64,000 bases of DNA from a virus, in the IMG/VR virus record IMGVR_UViG_3300043788_000040, positions 96,001 through 160,000 of that record, one strand, 5' to 3'. Below the pieces are notes generated by a model. That model saw only the letters and a program-made list of their open reading frames with translations, did no database searches and was not told the origin of the DNA. This document shows positions 1 through 9,102 of this stretch, piece after piece (the first letter of the stretch is position 1; every line of letters starts with the position of its first letter). The position numbers were made by a program, and so were the translations under genes.

Positions 1-1
1 T

Positions 2-571
2 TCTATCATCGGTCTCAACTATCTCTGGAAGCTCCCCATCGTTGCCACCATCAAAGCCAACCCCGGCCACACCGCGATCCTGATCGCCAGCTATTTTGCC
101 ATCGGCATCGCTTGGTCATTCGCGAAGTGGGTTCTCTTCCTGCACAAGCAGAATTTCAAGTACCGGGACTTCAAGACGCAGTTCTTGTCCAAGAACAACG
201 CCAAGGAACTGACGCCGGAGCTTGCCGCCTCGCTGATGGAAGAACTGGAAAGCCACAACAGGTACGAGTCTTACGTTGACAGGCGGATCAGTGCGACCCC
301 GCCCCAATTCCTTGACCACAAAGGCAAGCTGACCCGCTGGGCGACCTACTGGCCTTTCTCCATCATCGGCACGCTTCTCAACGATGTCGTCCGCAAGTCG
401 TGGACTTACATCATCAATATGCTCCAAGGCGCTTACCAGCGTGTCTCCAACTACATCTTCCGTGGTGCTCTTGCCGACAAGGCATTGGCAGAAAACTACA
501 AAGCCAAACAAGCAGCCGCAGGTGCGGATGGCGGATCAAGTGACGCCCCGTCTCGCAGACGTGGCTACTAA
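2..571 (+). CDS. Hypothetical membrane protein, 5' end outside the window
   Basis: Frame is open from base 2 (SIIGLNYLWKLP...AILIASYFAIGIAWSFAKWVLFL) into track ORF 185..571; hydrophobic segment. Confidence 0.7.
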   Translation, partial: SIIGLNYLWKLPIVATIKANPGHTAILIASYFAIGIAWSFAKWVLFLHKQNFKYRDFKTQFLSKNNAKELTPELAASLMEELESHNRYESYVDRRISATPPQFLDHKGKLTRWATYWPFSIIGTLLNDVVRKSWTYIINMLQGAYQRVSNYIFRGALADKALAENYKAKQAAAGADGGSSDAPSRRRGY

Positions 572-590
572 GACCCTGATCACAGCCCCG

Positions 591-941
591 ATGTCCGCAA
601 GCCGGGGCTGTGATCTCTTCCTCACCGCTGCGAAGAAATTGCTGCGGGAGCTTGTGGTGGGTCGCCCTCCGATGGAGATGTATCCGGGCGAGATAGACGG
701 GACTCTGGAGTACCAGAGACGTCTTGACCGCTTGCGCACGCCGAATCCGTTTGAGGGTGAGGCGACTGAGGCTCGCTCGTGCTTTCTGCTCCGGTACTAT
801 TCTGGCAAGCGTGAATGCTTCTTTGCAGACACCGACACGCAGGAGCTTACGCCCTTGTCCTTCTTCGCTTCCTACAGGGGACAGTCCGAATACTACCCTG
901 ACCTTGAAATCGGTACCCCGAAGGGGATTCCGCAGTATTAG
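591..941 (+). CDS. Hypothetical protein
   Basis: In-frame ATG at 591 within track ORF 384..941; fills the gap between neighbours. Confidence 0.45.
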   Translation: MSASRGCDLFLTAAKKLLRELVVGRPPMEMYPGEIDGTLEYQRRLDRLRTPNPFEGEATEARSCFLLRYYSGKRECFFADTDTQELTPLSFFASYRGQSEYYPDLEIGTPKGIPQY

Positions 942-961
942 CCTCATGGAGGATCATCTCT

Positions 962-1195
962 ATGAGCGTTGACGCAGTAGGCAATTTGGACACTCCGGTA
1001 GAAGAGCCGAAGAAAAAGCGGGTCAAGATTGTGTCCGCGAATACTGGGGTGCGCAAGCATCTCCTAACCACGGCATACAAGCAGGACGTCGCCGAGAAGC
1101 TGGACAAGCTCCACGCGGCGGGACACACCATCGTTTCCATCACCTCATCTTCCGATATTCGGGGTTTTGAGGTCGTTAGCTACAAAGAGGAGTAA
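962..1195 (+). CDS. Hypothetical protein
   Basis: GGAGG RBS upstream; GTATTA motif at 935. Confidence 0.75.
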   Translation: MSVDAVGNLDTPVEEPKKKRVKIVSANTGVRKHLLTTAYKQDVAEKLDKLHAAGHTIVSITSSSDIRGFEVVSYKEE

Positions 1196-1197
1196 CC

Positions 1198-1845
1198 GTG
1201 GATCAGGCACTCGTCTCCCGGCTGGGAAAAGTGCATGCCACCGTCTCATCTATCGCTCAGCGGCTTGAGTATGAGACTGCGACTATCACCCGGCTGACAT
1301 CCAGAATCAAACAGCTTGAAGAAGAGAAGGCTCACTTGGTGAAAGCCGTGGGCACGATAGACCGCTGCGTCCAGATTGTGTCGGCAAACGGCATCGGCAA
1401 GATTGAAGGCATTGTGTCAGATGGTCTTCACCGGGTCTTCGGCAATGACCAGCTTGGTCTTTTCATTGAGAAGAAAGAGACAGCGAGGGGTAACACCTAC
1501 CGCCTGCTCATCCGCAAGGGCGAAACTGTGGGCAACCCCATGGACTCGTTCGGTGGGGGCGTCCAGAACGTAGTCGCCTTCCTGCTCCGTGTCATCCTGA
1601 TCAAACGCTTCAAGCTGGCTCCATTCATCGCCTTGGACGAGCAGTTCTCCAACGTGTCTTCCGAGTACCAACCTAAGATTTCTGAGATGCTGAAGGTGCT
1701 GTCCAAGATGGGCTTCACGATCTTCGCCATATCGCACCAGCCCACAATCACCTCCGCTGCTGATACAATATACGAGGTGGTGGTTGATGAAGGCTTCCCA
1801 CCCGTTCTACGTAAGCAGGTCTTGCCTCAATCTGAGGTGTTGTGA
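1198..1845 (+). CDS. SbcC/Rad50-like ABC-ATPase, C-terminal half only
   Basis: Coiled coil, then signature-like SFGGG, Walker B/D-loop FIALDEQFSNV and H-loop AISHQ; no Walker A. Confidence 0.8.
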   Translation: MDQALVSRLGKVHATVSSIAQRLEYETATITRLTSRIKQLEEEKAHLVKAVGTIDRCVQIVSANGIGKIEGIVSDGLHRVFGNDQLGLFIEKKETARGNTYRLLIRKGETVGNPMDSFGGGVQNVVAFLLRVILIKRFKLAPFIALDEQFSNVSSEYQPKISEMLKVLSKMGFTIFAISHQPTITSAADTIYEVVVDEGFPPVLRKQVLPQSEVL

Positions 1846-2095
1846 TGGCTGAACATTACTGTGAAACATTTCATGTCCCAAAGCCTCATCGCTTTAAGGC
1901 TGACGACTATCCCCACGCCCATGCTGAGTGTCTGCACTGTTACCGTCCAGCACAGGAACATGTATGCGGTAAGGTGGCAAGGTTCTTCCATTGTGAACGT
2001 TGGTATTGTGCTGCCCACTATGACGAACGTATCGCCTTTGAGGAGGCAATACAAGCGAGGCGCTTAGACACCGCAGGTTACGACGGGGACACACG

Positions 2096-2623
2096 ATGAA
2101 CGACCCGCTGGTCAGCAAAGTCAAGCTTAAGGCTCTGGAAGAGATCATCGCGGCGGCACGGGAAACCATCCACCGTCACCGCAGGCGCTTCCTTCAGCGC
2201 AACCTACGCCCTTGCCCGGAGAACTGCAAAGGTGTTAGTATGTTGGGACGGGAGATTATCGGATGCACTAACTGCGGCAGTCCTAGCGGTGACAAGTGCA
2301 TCAGGGAAGATAAGTTCGTTCCTGTGTTCACGAAGGAAGAACTGGCTCAGCAATTTGCCGAGCAGCTTCGGAACCCGGAAATTCTTCTCCGCGAGTACCG
2401 GGACGTGACCGTTTTCCTGTGGGTTTTGGGGGCTTTTGACAAGCAGAAGAAGACTTTGGACGAGACCATTGTTGAGAGGGTGGAGCAAAGTGAAAACAAG
2501 TCTAGGAAGATGGCTGCTAGTGGCGACGGTGCTGTTACTCCTGTACGTGAACATCCAACAGGCGGCAACAATAGCGAAGCAGAAACACGAACTGGTAGAG
2601 ACCCTGAAGACTTTAATCGCTAG
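2096..2623 (+). CDS. Hypothetical Cys-containing protein
   Basis: ATGA overlap with upstream ORF; CPENC and CTNC motifs. Confidence 0.65.
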   Translation: MNDPLVSKVKLKALEEIIAAARETIHRHRRRFLQRNLRPCPENCKGVSMLGREIIGCTNCGSPSGDKCIREDKFVPVFTKEELAQQFAEQLRNPEILLREYRDVTVFLWVLGAFDKQKKTLDETIVERVEQSENKSRKMAASGDGAVTPVREHPTGGNNSEAETRTGRDPEDFNR

Positions 2624-2687
2624 CCAGAAGCACGAAGTAGAGATGAACCAGCAACTTCTTGAAGCGCAAAAGTCCTGCCAAAAGTAA
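2490..2687 (+). CDS. Small membrane-anchored coiled-coil protein overlapping the previous gene
   Basis: GGAG RBS then GTG at 2490; TM segment WLLVATVLLLLYV. Confidence 0.5.
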   Translation: MKTSLGRWLLVATVLLLLYVNIQQAATIAKQKHELVETLKTLIASQKHEVEMNQQLLEAQKSCQK

Positions 2688-2722
2688 CCGCTTTTTCCCA
2701 ATAAAATACAGTATCTAGTCGT

Positions 2723-3049
2723 GTGGACGATGCTGACGTTATCCTTGAGCTTGATGCGGCCATCCGCAACGACCCGGATGCTCCCGTCTTAGAGCAGCAA
2801 TTTGATCCTCTTGACCCCGTGGCAATTGAGATCGTGCTGCACGAGGCGGATTTTGCCGTAGACAGGTACATGGAAAAGTGGGAAAGCTTTCGTGCCAAGT
2901 TCTCCAATCCAGCCATGTACGACGCATTCATCCTTGACTACCAGACGAGGGTGCGCAGGGACTTGAAGATGATAATCTCCAACGCGCAGCAGTTCTTGGC
3001 TGATGCAATGAATCAGCCCGAAGAGGACGAGGATGAGGGACAAGAATAA
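2723..3049 (+). CDS. Hypothetical acidic protein
   Basis: GTATCT motif 12 nt before the GTG start. Confidence 0.7.
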   Translation: MDDADVILELDAAIRNDPDAPVLEQQFDPLDPVAIEIVLHEADFAVDRYMEKWESFRAKFSNPAMYDAFILDYQTRVRRDLKMIISNAQQFLADAMNQPEEDEDEGQE

Positions 3050-3368
3050 GCGCACGCTGACGGTGGTCATTGAGAACGTGACGGAAGCGCAAGAGATCGC
3101 GCTGAACGACCTGTTCGCCACGTGGCAGTACCTCGGCAACATCGGAGCGTCACGTGATACGACGTTCTTCGCTGACGGCGATGGCGATTTCAGACCGAAG
3201 ATCACGGTCAACGGCGAGAAGGCTAGGTTCACTGACCTGATACCCCGTGAGGAAATGTGGCGTGGCGGTCGCCACGGCGAGTATCGGATTGATTTTGACT
3301 GGATCGGATGGAAGCTTCAGGAGAAGGAAGATGGCAAAGGCAAAGACGGCGAAAGCCAAGAAGGCTAA
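3033..3368 (+). CDS. Hypothetical phage protein
   Basis: Overlapping start, coding-like codon usage, motif FFADGDGDFRPK. Confidence 0.75.
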   Translation: MRDKNKRTLTVVIENVTEAQEIALNDLFATWQYLGNIGASRDTTFFADGDGDFRPKITVNGEKARFTDLIPREEMWRGGRHGEYRIDFDWIGWKLQEKEDGKGKDGESQEG

Positions 3369-3582
3369 GAACCACAAGTTCATCCTCGTTGAGGCGGACT
3401 ACTGGGTCGGGCTGTACGTGGACGGCAAGCTCGTTGAGCAGCACCATGACATAGACCTCGTGGAGTACCTGCGCAAGTACGGCGTGGACATCAAGACGAA
3501 GTACGCCTACAACGATCCGCAGGTCACCACTGAGGGGACGCTGCCGGAGGATTTGTCGGACGTCAAGTTTGACCGAGGGTAA
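3331..3582 (+). CDS. Hypothetical protein
   Basis: AGGAGAAGGA RBS before ATG 3331. Confidence 0.65.
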   Translation: MAKAKTAKAKKAKNHKFILVEADYWVGLYVDGKLVEQHHDIDLVEYLRKYGVDIKTKYAYNDPQVTTEGTLPEDLSDVKFDRG

Positions 3583-3592
3583 GGAGAAGCCA

Positions 3593-3922
3593 ATGAAACA
3601 AACTGGTGTAGTGATGGTGACGATTCCTGTTGAAGAAACTGTTCTGATACATGCTTTTGACGGGATGGTGAAAAATCTCCCCACGCAGTTCGCCGATGGG
3701 ATAGTAGTCCGACCGGGGTCTGGGGAGGCCGGGTCGGAAAATTTTTACATCCTTCCGATCAATGAGCTTGAAAGCCTTGGGGCTTTGGTCAGACTGGACA
3801 TCACGGTAGACGGTCAATCCTGTTCTATTTTCGTCCCAGTAGATAGGATTCGTTTCGCGCTAATCGGGGGGAACTTAAGCAAGCTAGGATTCGTCCCGAA
3901 GGCTCTCGCAAGTGGGGCCTGA
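3593..3922 (+). CDS. Hypothetical protein
   Basis: AAGGAG RBS before ATG 3593. Confidence 0.6.
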   Translation: MKQTGVVMVTIPVEETVLIHAFDGMVKNLPTQFADGIVVRPGSGEAGSENFYILPINELESLGALVRLDITVDGQSCSIFVPVDRIRFALIGGNLSKLGFVPKALASGA

Positions 3923-4361
3923 TTGTCCCCGCTGCAACCGCCCGTTCAGTGAGGGAGGCAAGCCCCGCCGACCGGGAGATCGGCGCTGTGGCGCGGCTAA
4001 AGGACTGTGCAGTGAGTGCTATCACAAGGAGTATCACGCTGGTAAAACACCAGAACAGCGTGAGGCTCATCGCAAACGCACCCGAGAGCGCAGTGCTGAG
4101 GCTAAGGCTGAAGTCTACCGAATTCTAGGACGTGCTTGTGCCTGCTGCGATGAGAGGCGAGAAGAGTTCCTGACTGTTGACCATATCGGCGGAGGCGGAC
4201 GCAAGCACAGGAAGAAGATTGGGTCAGGCCTTTGGTTTTACCAGACGATTCTCAAAGAAGGCGTCCCCAGAGATAAGTATCGGTTGTTGTGTTGGAACTG
4301 CAACAGCGCCATTGGCGTGTTTGGGTATTGCCCGCACGAAAGGGAGAGAAATGGGAGTTGA
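3912..4361 (+). CDS. HNH-type endonuclease (free-standing)
   Basis: CACC...LTVDHIGGGG...LLCWNCN..IG.FGYCPH zinc/HNH pattern. Confidence 0.8.
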   Translation: MGPDCPRCNRPFSEGGKPRRPGDRRCGAAKGLCSECYHKEYHAGKTPEQREAHRKRTRERSAEAKAEVYRILGRACACCDERREEFLTVDHIGGGGRKHRKKIGSGLWFYQTILKEGVPRDKYRLLCWNCNSAIGVFGYCPHERERNGS

Positions 4362-5514
4362 TACACATAAGGTGGAGATTGTTCCAGTCAGTCTTGAACC
4401 GCACCCGAATGCGGATCGCTTATCTGTGGTGCGGGTGTACAACTTCACTTGCGTCGTGAATACCGCCGACTGGACTGGTGTTGAGAAGGCTGCGTACGTC
4501 CAGCCGGACTCCGTCATGCCGGACACGCCCGAGTACCGCTTCCTCAAGAACACCTCCAGCTTCCGCAAGGAACGTGAGGCTCTTGATGCCGTGCTTGCGG
4601 CAGATCACGAGAGCGACCTTTGCCGACTGGATTACAACGAGAAGGTCGCTGCCCTTGAGGCGAAGATTGACGCCAACACCAAGCACCTCCGCATCACCGT
4701 GAAGAAGCTACGTGGCATCATCTCCATGGGTATGCTCCTGCCCGCGCCGGAAGGCTCACAGATCGGCGACGACGTGGCGGAGCAGCTTGGCATCACGCAC
4801 TACGAACCGCCCTCTATGGACGAGCTTGACGGCCGCAGGCAGCATGCCGGGGACGATGTCGGACCCGCGTCGCCGATGATCTACGCCCCGAAGTACGACG
4901 TGGAGTCCATTTACAAATTCGCCGACTGCTTTGACGCGGGCGAGCCTGTGTACGTGTCCGAGAAGCTGGACGGGCAGAACGGCCGCTTCGTGGCGACTGA
5001 GAACGGCAACGAGACGGTCATAGAGCCGGGACGACGGTCCACCCTCGTCTCCCTGTACGCCGGATCGCGCACCGAGTGGAAGAAGAAGGAAGGCGGCTCA
5101 AACTGGTGGAGGGTCATGGAGGACAACCCTTGGATTGATCGGTGGTGCTACGACAACCAAGACTCCGTCCTTTACGGGGAAGTCTTCGGCTGGGTGCAGG
5201 CTCTCAAGTACGGAGCCAAGCCAGGGCAGCTTTTCTTCCGCGCCTTTGACGTCATGGAAGGCATGGAATACTGGGATGCCGAAAAGTTCATTGCGGAGAT
5301 TTATAAGGATTGCCGAGTACCGGACTTCGGCGTCATGCCGTACGACTTTGAGAAGTTGCAGGCCTTAGCGGATGGACCCTCCCTCATCAAGGGTGCCGAC
5401 CACATGCGCGAGGGCATCGTGATCAAGCCAGTCAAGGAGCGCAAGCACTGGAAGCTGGGGCGTGTTATGTTGAAGATGGTTTCCAACGCGTACCTTGAGA
5501 AATCCGCAAGATAG
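4351..5514 (+). CDS. RNA ligase, DRB0094/Rnl5-like
   Basis: N-terminal HPNADRL module; motif I SEKLDGQNG, YGEVFG, FRAFD, REGIVIK, MLKMVSNAYL. Confidence 0.9.
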   Translation: MGVDTHKVEIVPVSLEPHPNADRLSVVRVYNFTCVVNTADWTGVEKAAYVQPDSVMPDTPEYRFLKNTSSFRKEREALDAVLAADHESDLCRLDYNEKVAALEAKIDANTKHLRITVKKLRGIISMGMLLPAPEGSQIGDDVAEQLGITHYEPPSMDELDGRRQHAGDDVGPASPMIYAPKYDVESIYKFADCFDAGEPVYVSEKLDGQNGRFVATENGNETVIEPGRRSTLVSLYAGSRTEWKKKEGGSNWWRVMEDNPWIDRWCYDNQDSVLYGEVFGWVQALKYGAKPGQLFFRAFDVMEGMEYWDAEKFIAEIYKDCRVPDFGVMPYDFEKLQALADGPSLIKGADHMREGIVIKPVKERKHWKLGRVMLKMVSNAYLEKSAR

Positions 5515-5531
5515 CAGTATTACTGGAGAGA

Positions 5532-5885
5532 ATGATGGCTGTGGCAAAACACGAGACCAATACGTTGCTGGATGCAGTCCGCAAGCTCTACTACGCTGCC
5601 GTTTGGCATGCTGATCGTCCGGTGGACGAGCAAGCCCTATGGACAGCAATCCGAGACGCTGCGGGGTTCAAGCCAGGCGGTTCACCCGAAGCGCTTCCGT
5701 TTGACGGCATCAAAGCAACCTACACCGTGGATCGCTTGCGGCAGATAGGGCACCTCGTCAGCGCCAAGAACGGCAAAGAGTTTGGTACCGCAGAGACCCG
5801 TGCTTTCCTTCTGCTGTACGGTACGGAGTTGGAAAGCAAAATCGACGCCGCAGTGCGGCAATTCCTTGAGGAGAAACTAAGCTAA
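5532..5885 (+). CDS. Hypothetical protein
   Basis: GTATTA at 5517, GGAG RBS, TAATG coupling downstream. Confidence 0.7.
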   Translation: MMAVAKHETNTLLDAVRKLYYAAVWHADRPVDEQALWTAIRDAAGFKPGGSPEALPFDGIKATYTVDRLRQIGHLVSAKNGKEFGTAETRAFLLLYGTELESKIDAAVRQFLEEKLS

Positions 5886-6265
5886 TGGCAACGCAAATCG
5901 CAGTACAACCAGTTGTGGGTCCTTACCCGACAGTTCCAGTCGCGGCAGCATCGCTTGACTTGACTTTCGTGGCAGCCGACATCACCGGAAACTTCTTCAC
6001 CGCAGACCAGATTGCCGTAACCGTAGGCGCTGGCAGCATTGGTGGGGACATCCTTCTCGTGTGGAACACCGATGCTGCTCCGCACAACCTGACGATTGCC
6101 TCCCAGCCGCTCAACGGCCGCACGGGCGACATCACGTCCTATGTGGTCGGACCGGGCGTCATCTCGGCGTTCAAGTTCAGCCAACTCGCAGGATGGCAGA
6201 GTGGCACCACTGTGACTTTCACCGCCGACAACGTGCTGGTGAAGCTCGCTGTCCTAACACGGTAA
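5885..6265 (+). CDS. Small beta-rich protein, possibly a virion decoration protein
   Basis: T/A/V/G-rich all-beta composition; translational coupling. Confidence 0.5.
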   Translation: MATQIAVQPVVGPYPTVPVAAASLDLTFVAADITGNFFTADQIAVTVGAGSIGGDILLVWNTDAAPHNLTIASQPLNGRTGDITSYVVGPGVISAFKFSQLAGWQSGTTVTFTADNVLVKLAVLTR

Positions 6266-6268
6266 CAG

Positions 6269-6544
6269 ATGCCCAGCCTACGTGAGATCGCGAACGAGTA
6301 TCACCACGCCGCCAACCGGATAGCTGCCCGTGCAGATCGTGCCGGGCAACTGACCGAGAACCAGCGTCGTGCCATTGACTCGTTCCGTGACAGCGCAGCC
6401 AAAGTTGAAGCGCTCATCCGTCCTGAGGACTCCGCCCCTAAACAGGTTGAGGTTCAGGACACGGAAGCGCCTGTCACGCCGACAAAGAAATTTAAGGCTC
6501 ACAAGGCGGCAACGCCGCAGGAGCTTCTGGAGAAGGCACAATGA
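6269..6544 (+). CDS. Hypothetical protein
   Basis: Operon packing. Confidence 0.65.
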   Translation: MPSLREIANEYHHAANRIAARADRAGQLTENQRRAIDSFRDSAAKVEALIRPEDSAPKQVEVQDTEAPVTPTKKFKAHKAATPQELLEKAQ

Positions 6545-6960
6545 ACTTTGGAAACGAAGGCACACAACCCGCTCAGCAGGCTGACGGCTACTCGGACCCT
6601 ATTGACGAGATCGTCGGGCAACTTTCCGGCGAAGTCAACGACGACCCGGAGCTTGTAGAGGAGCTTGCCGACACGGTCACCATTGAGAAGCTCATGGACG
6701 CGTTCATCGCCGAGGTGAGTGAAATCCTTGGGACTACCGTTGAGGTGTCGCTGGATGGCAACCCCGTGCGTACCCACTTGGAACTAGCCAACGCGGAGCA
6801 GGACATCGTTGAGTTGGCTTACGAACTGAGGCAAGACCTTCTCACTAAGATCGCCAACCGTGCGGAAGCAATAACCGAGCAGAATTTCGGTGCGACGCAG
6901 ATCGCCGCAGCCACCCACCCTTCCGAACTACGCAAGCAAGTCATCGTTGAGGAGAACTAA
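6541..6960 (+). CDS. Hypothetical acidic protein
   Basis: ATGA and TAATG overlaps. Confidence 0.7.
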   Translation: MNFGNEGTQPAQQADGYSDPIDEIVGQLSGEVNDDPELVEELADTVTIEKLMDAFIAEVSEILGTTVEVSLDGNPVRTHLELANAEQDIVELAYELRQDLLTKIANRAEAITEQNFGATQIAAATHPSELRKQVIVEEN

Positions 6961-8156
6961 TGTTCGCACGCGGCTCGTGGGCAATCTTCGGCATCAAGTC
7001 CGACTCTGAGGCTGCTTTCGTCAAGAGCCTTGACGACTACAGCAGCGTGAGCCAAGCGGTTGCTGTCCAGAAAGCCAAGAACGACAGCCTGCCGACCAAC
7101 GGCATCAACCCATACGACCGCCCACGCCACGATGAGAGCGACGATTTGCAATCAACGGTTGACTCCAACAGTTTCAAGCTGGGCGACCACGTCTACGGAT
7201 TCTGGTACTGCCTGAATGGCTTTGAGGATGTCACCGACCCCAAGTCCAAGCAGGAAGCCCTCGCCTACGAACACTTCGGAAAGCCCTTCAAATTCCTCAA
7301 GAAGGAAGAGAAGGCGCACGTGGATTCACTGGTCGCGGCAAGCGCCGTTGCATCACGCAAGCAGTTCCCAGTCCTGATTGACTTTGTTGAGGAGCGTGTG
7401 TACGCAGAGACCACCAGCCCGGAAGAGATCGGCGACCTGCGTAGGCTTCTTGAGGTCACGGGAGCCGTGCCCTACAACCTGACTTGGAATTTCGGAAGCG
7501 CCGAGTGGCCTTTTCAGTTCCTCGCCAAGGTCAACGAAGCGAACAAGTTTCACAAAGAGATGCAAGACCGTGCTGGTGAGCTTAGCCGCTTCCATGCCAA
7601 CGAGGTTGAGAAGCTGGAAGACAAGATGATGGAGTCCATCGTCTCCGGCTACTTCGCCATGTCCGAGCTTGAGACCGGACAGTGGGCCGGGCTTTCCACT
7701 CCGGCGAAGATCAGGCTGTTCAACACGACCGACCCATCAACAGAGTCCGCCGTGAGCACTGCGTTCACGATACTCGGGCTTGTAGACACCGCGACGGTCG
7801 TGTCGGCAGCGGTCGTCTTCCAGAACCTTGACTCAAAATTTGCCAAGAAGACGGGCGAGGAGAAGCAGTTTCGTACCGACCTGTTCACCGTTGACATCAA
7901 CGACAAGGTCGTCATCTCCGACGCCGGGGCGGCGGCTCTGCGTGGCTTTGACCTACCGCAGTACAAGAAAGACATGAAGCGACTCGCCAAGAGCGGTGAG
8001 GTGCCCATCAAGGTCTACTGGTTTGATTGGCTGATCGCCATGAAGAATGCGATCCACTTCTTCGTTGACAACGTCACCGAGACGCTGAAGGTTGACAAGA
8101 AGCTGGGATTGAAAGCCTATGAGGCTGACATTGTGGAAGAGACGGAGGAGGTCTAA
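6960..8156 (+). CDS. Hypothetical 398-aa protein
   Basis: Long ORF with coding-like codon usage, coupled at both ends. Confidence 0.85.
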   Translation: MFARGSWAIFGIKSDSEAAFVKSLDDYSSVSQAVAVQKAKNDSLPTNGINPYDRPRHDESDDLQSTVDSNSFKLGDHVYGFWYCLNGFEDVTDPKSKQEALAYEHFGKPFKFLKKEEKAHVDSLVAASAVASRKQFPVLIDFVEERVYAETTSPEEIGDLRRLLEVTGAVPYNLTWNFGSAEWPFQFLAKVNEANKFHKEMQDRAGELSRFHANEVEKLEDKMMESIVSGYFAMSELETGQWAGLSTPAKIRLFNTTDPSTESAVSTAFTILGLVDTATVVSAAVVFQNLDSKFAKKTGEEKQFRTDLFTVDINDKVVISDAGAAALRGFDLPQYKKDMKRLAKSGEVPIKVYWFDWLIAMKNAIHFFVDNVTETLKVDKKLGLKAYEADIVEETEEV

Positions 8157-8599
8157 TGCCACAGCTTGAGGTAGCGACAATCGTGATGAAGGATGCAGTT
8201 AATGTCTTGATCGGCAAACAGAAGGAAGGTCCGGACGCCGGGAAGTGGGTCATCCCCAGCAGCTTTGTCAAGGAAGGCGAGCGCATGATTGACACGTGCT
8301 CACGTTCCATTCTTGAAGAGGCTGGAATTGAAGTCCAGCCCAAGCAGATACTCTTCCTGTCCGAGGTTTTGGAGCCAGGGCAGCACCGCACGGCGGTGTT
8401 CTGCTTCGCCGAGTACGTGAGCGGTGAGCCTTCTCCGGGCACATCCCTGACCGAGGTCAAGTTCGTGGACCCGAGGACTCTGGGCGAGTACCAGACCGAG
8501 GGCATGTCGGAACTGACGCAGGACGCTTTCTACAAATTCAGTATGGTTCTCAGGAGTCAACAACAAGCGGCTTCCGCTCCGACCTCCGGCACGGTATAA
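8156..8599 (+). CDS. NUDIX hydrolase (degenerate box)
   Basis: GKWVIPSSFVKEGERMIDTCSRSILEEAGI resembles the Nudix box. Confidence 0.8.
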   Translation: MPQLEVATIVMKDAVNVLIGKQKEGPDAGKWVIPSSFVKEGERMIDTCSRSILEEAGIEVQPKQILFLSEVLEPGQHRTAVFCFAEYVSGEPSPGTSLTEVKFVDPRTLGEYQTEGMSELTQDAFYKFSMVLRSQQQAASAPTSGTV

Positions 8600-8622
8600 T
8601 AGGGCACGGAAAGTGAGACCCA

Positions 8623-9102
8623 GTGAAGCCGTTCGTATTGTTGCTTGTCATTCTGCTTTTTGCTGTTCCCACGTTCGCTGATGACCAAGTCGGCGTAGCG
8701 CTAGATTTCCACACCAAGAAAGCCACTCTCGGCGTCCGCCTCATGAACGACGGCGTGGACTTTGGTGCGAGCATCCCTACATTTAAGCATCAAGCTTTGG
8801 TGCTGGATTTTGAGACCGACAGAATCGCCGGGCAAACCTCCATGTCCCCCGCCTTGGGCTGGCAGTTCTTCACCACGTACAAGCGGTTCACGCCATACGC
8901 CTACTTCAACGTCGGCGGCACGGAGACCATTCACCAAGGCGCAGTGTTCAACAGCACTGTCGGGCAGGGACTTGATTTCCGGCTGACTTCCCGCTATGGG
9001 CTGAGGTTTGAGCACGAATTTGATTGGTCAAAGCAGATGGCAAACCAGTGGGATCAGCGATACACCGTGCTTTTCGTCGTGCATTTCGGAGGTAAGAAAT
9101 AG
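8623..9102 (+). CDS. Secreted outer-membrane beta-barrel-like protein
   Basis: Signal peptide; amphipathic strands FTPYAYFNVGG, GQGLDFRL, YGLRFE; near-terminal F. Confidence 0.65.
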   Translation: MKPFVLLLVILLFAVPTFADDQVGVALDFHTKKATLGVRLMNDGVDFGASIPTFKHQALVLDFETDRIAGQTSMSPALGWQFFTTYKRFTPYAYFNVGGTETIHQGAVFNSTVGQGLDFRLTSRYGLRFEHEFDWSKQMANQWDQRYTVLFVVHFGGKK

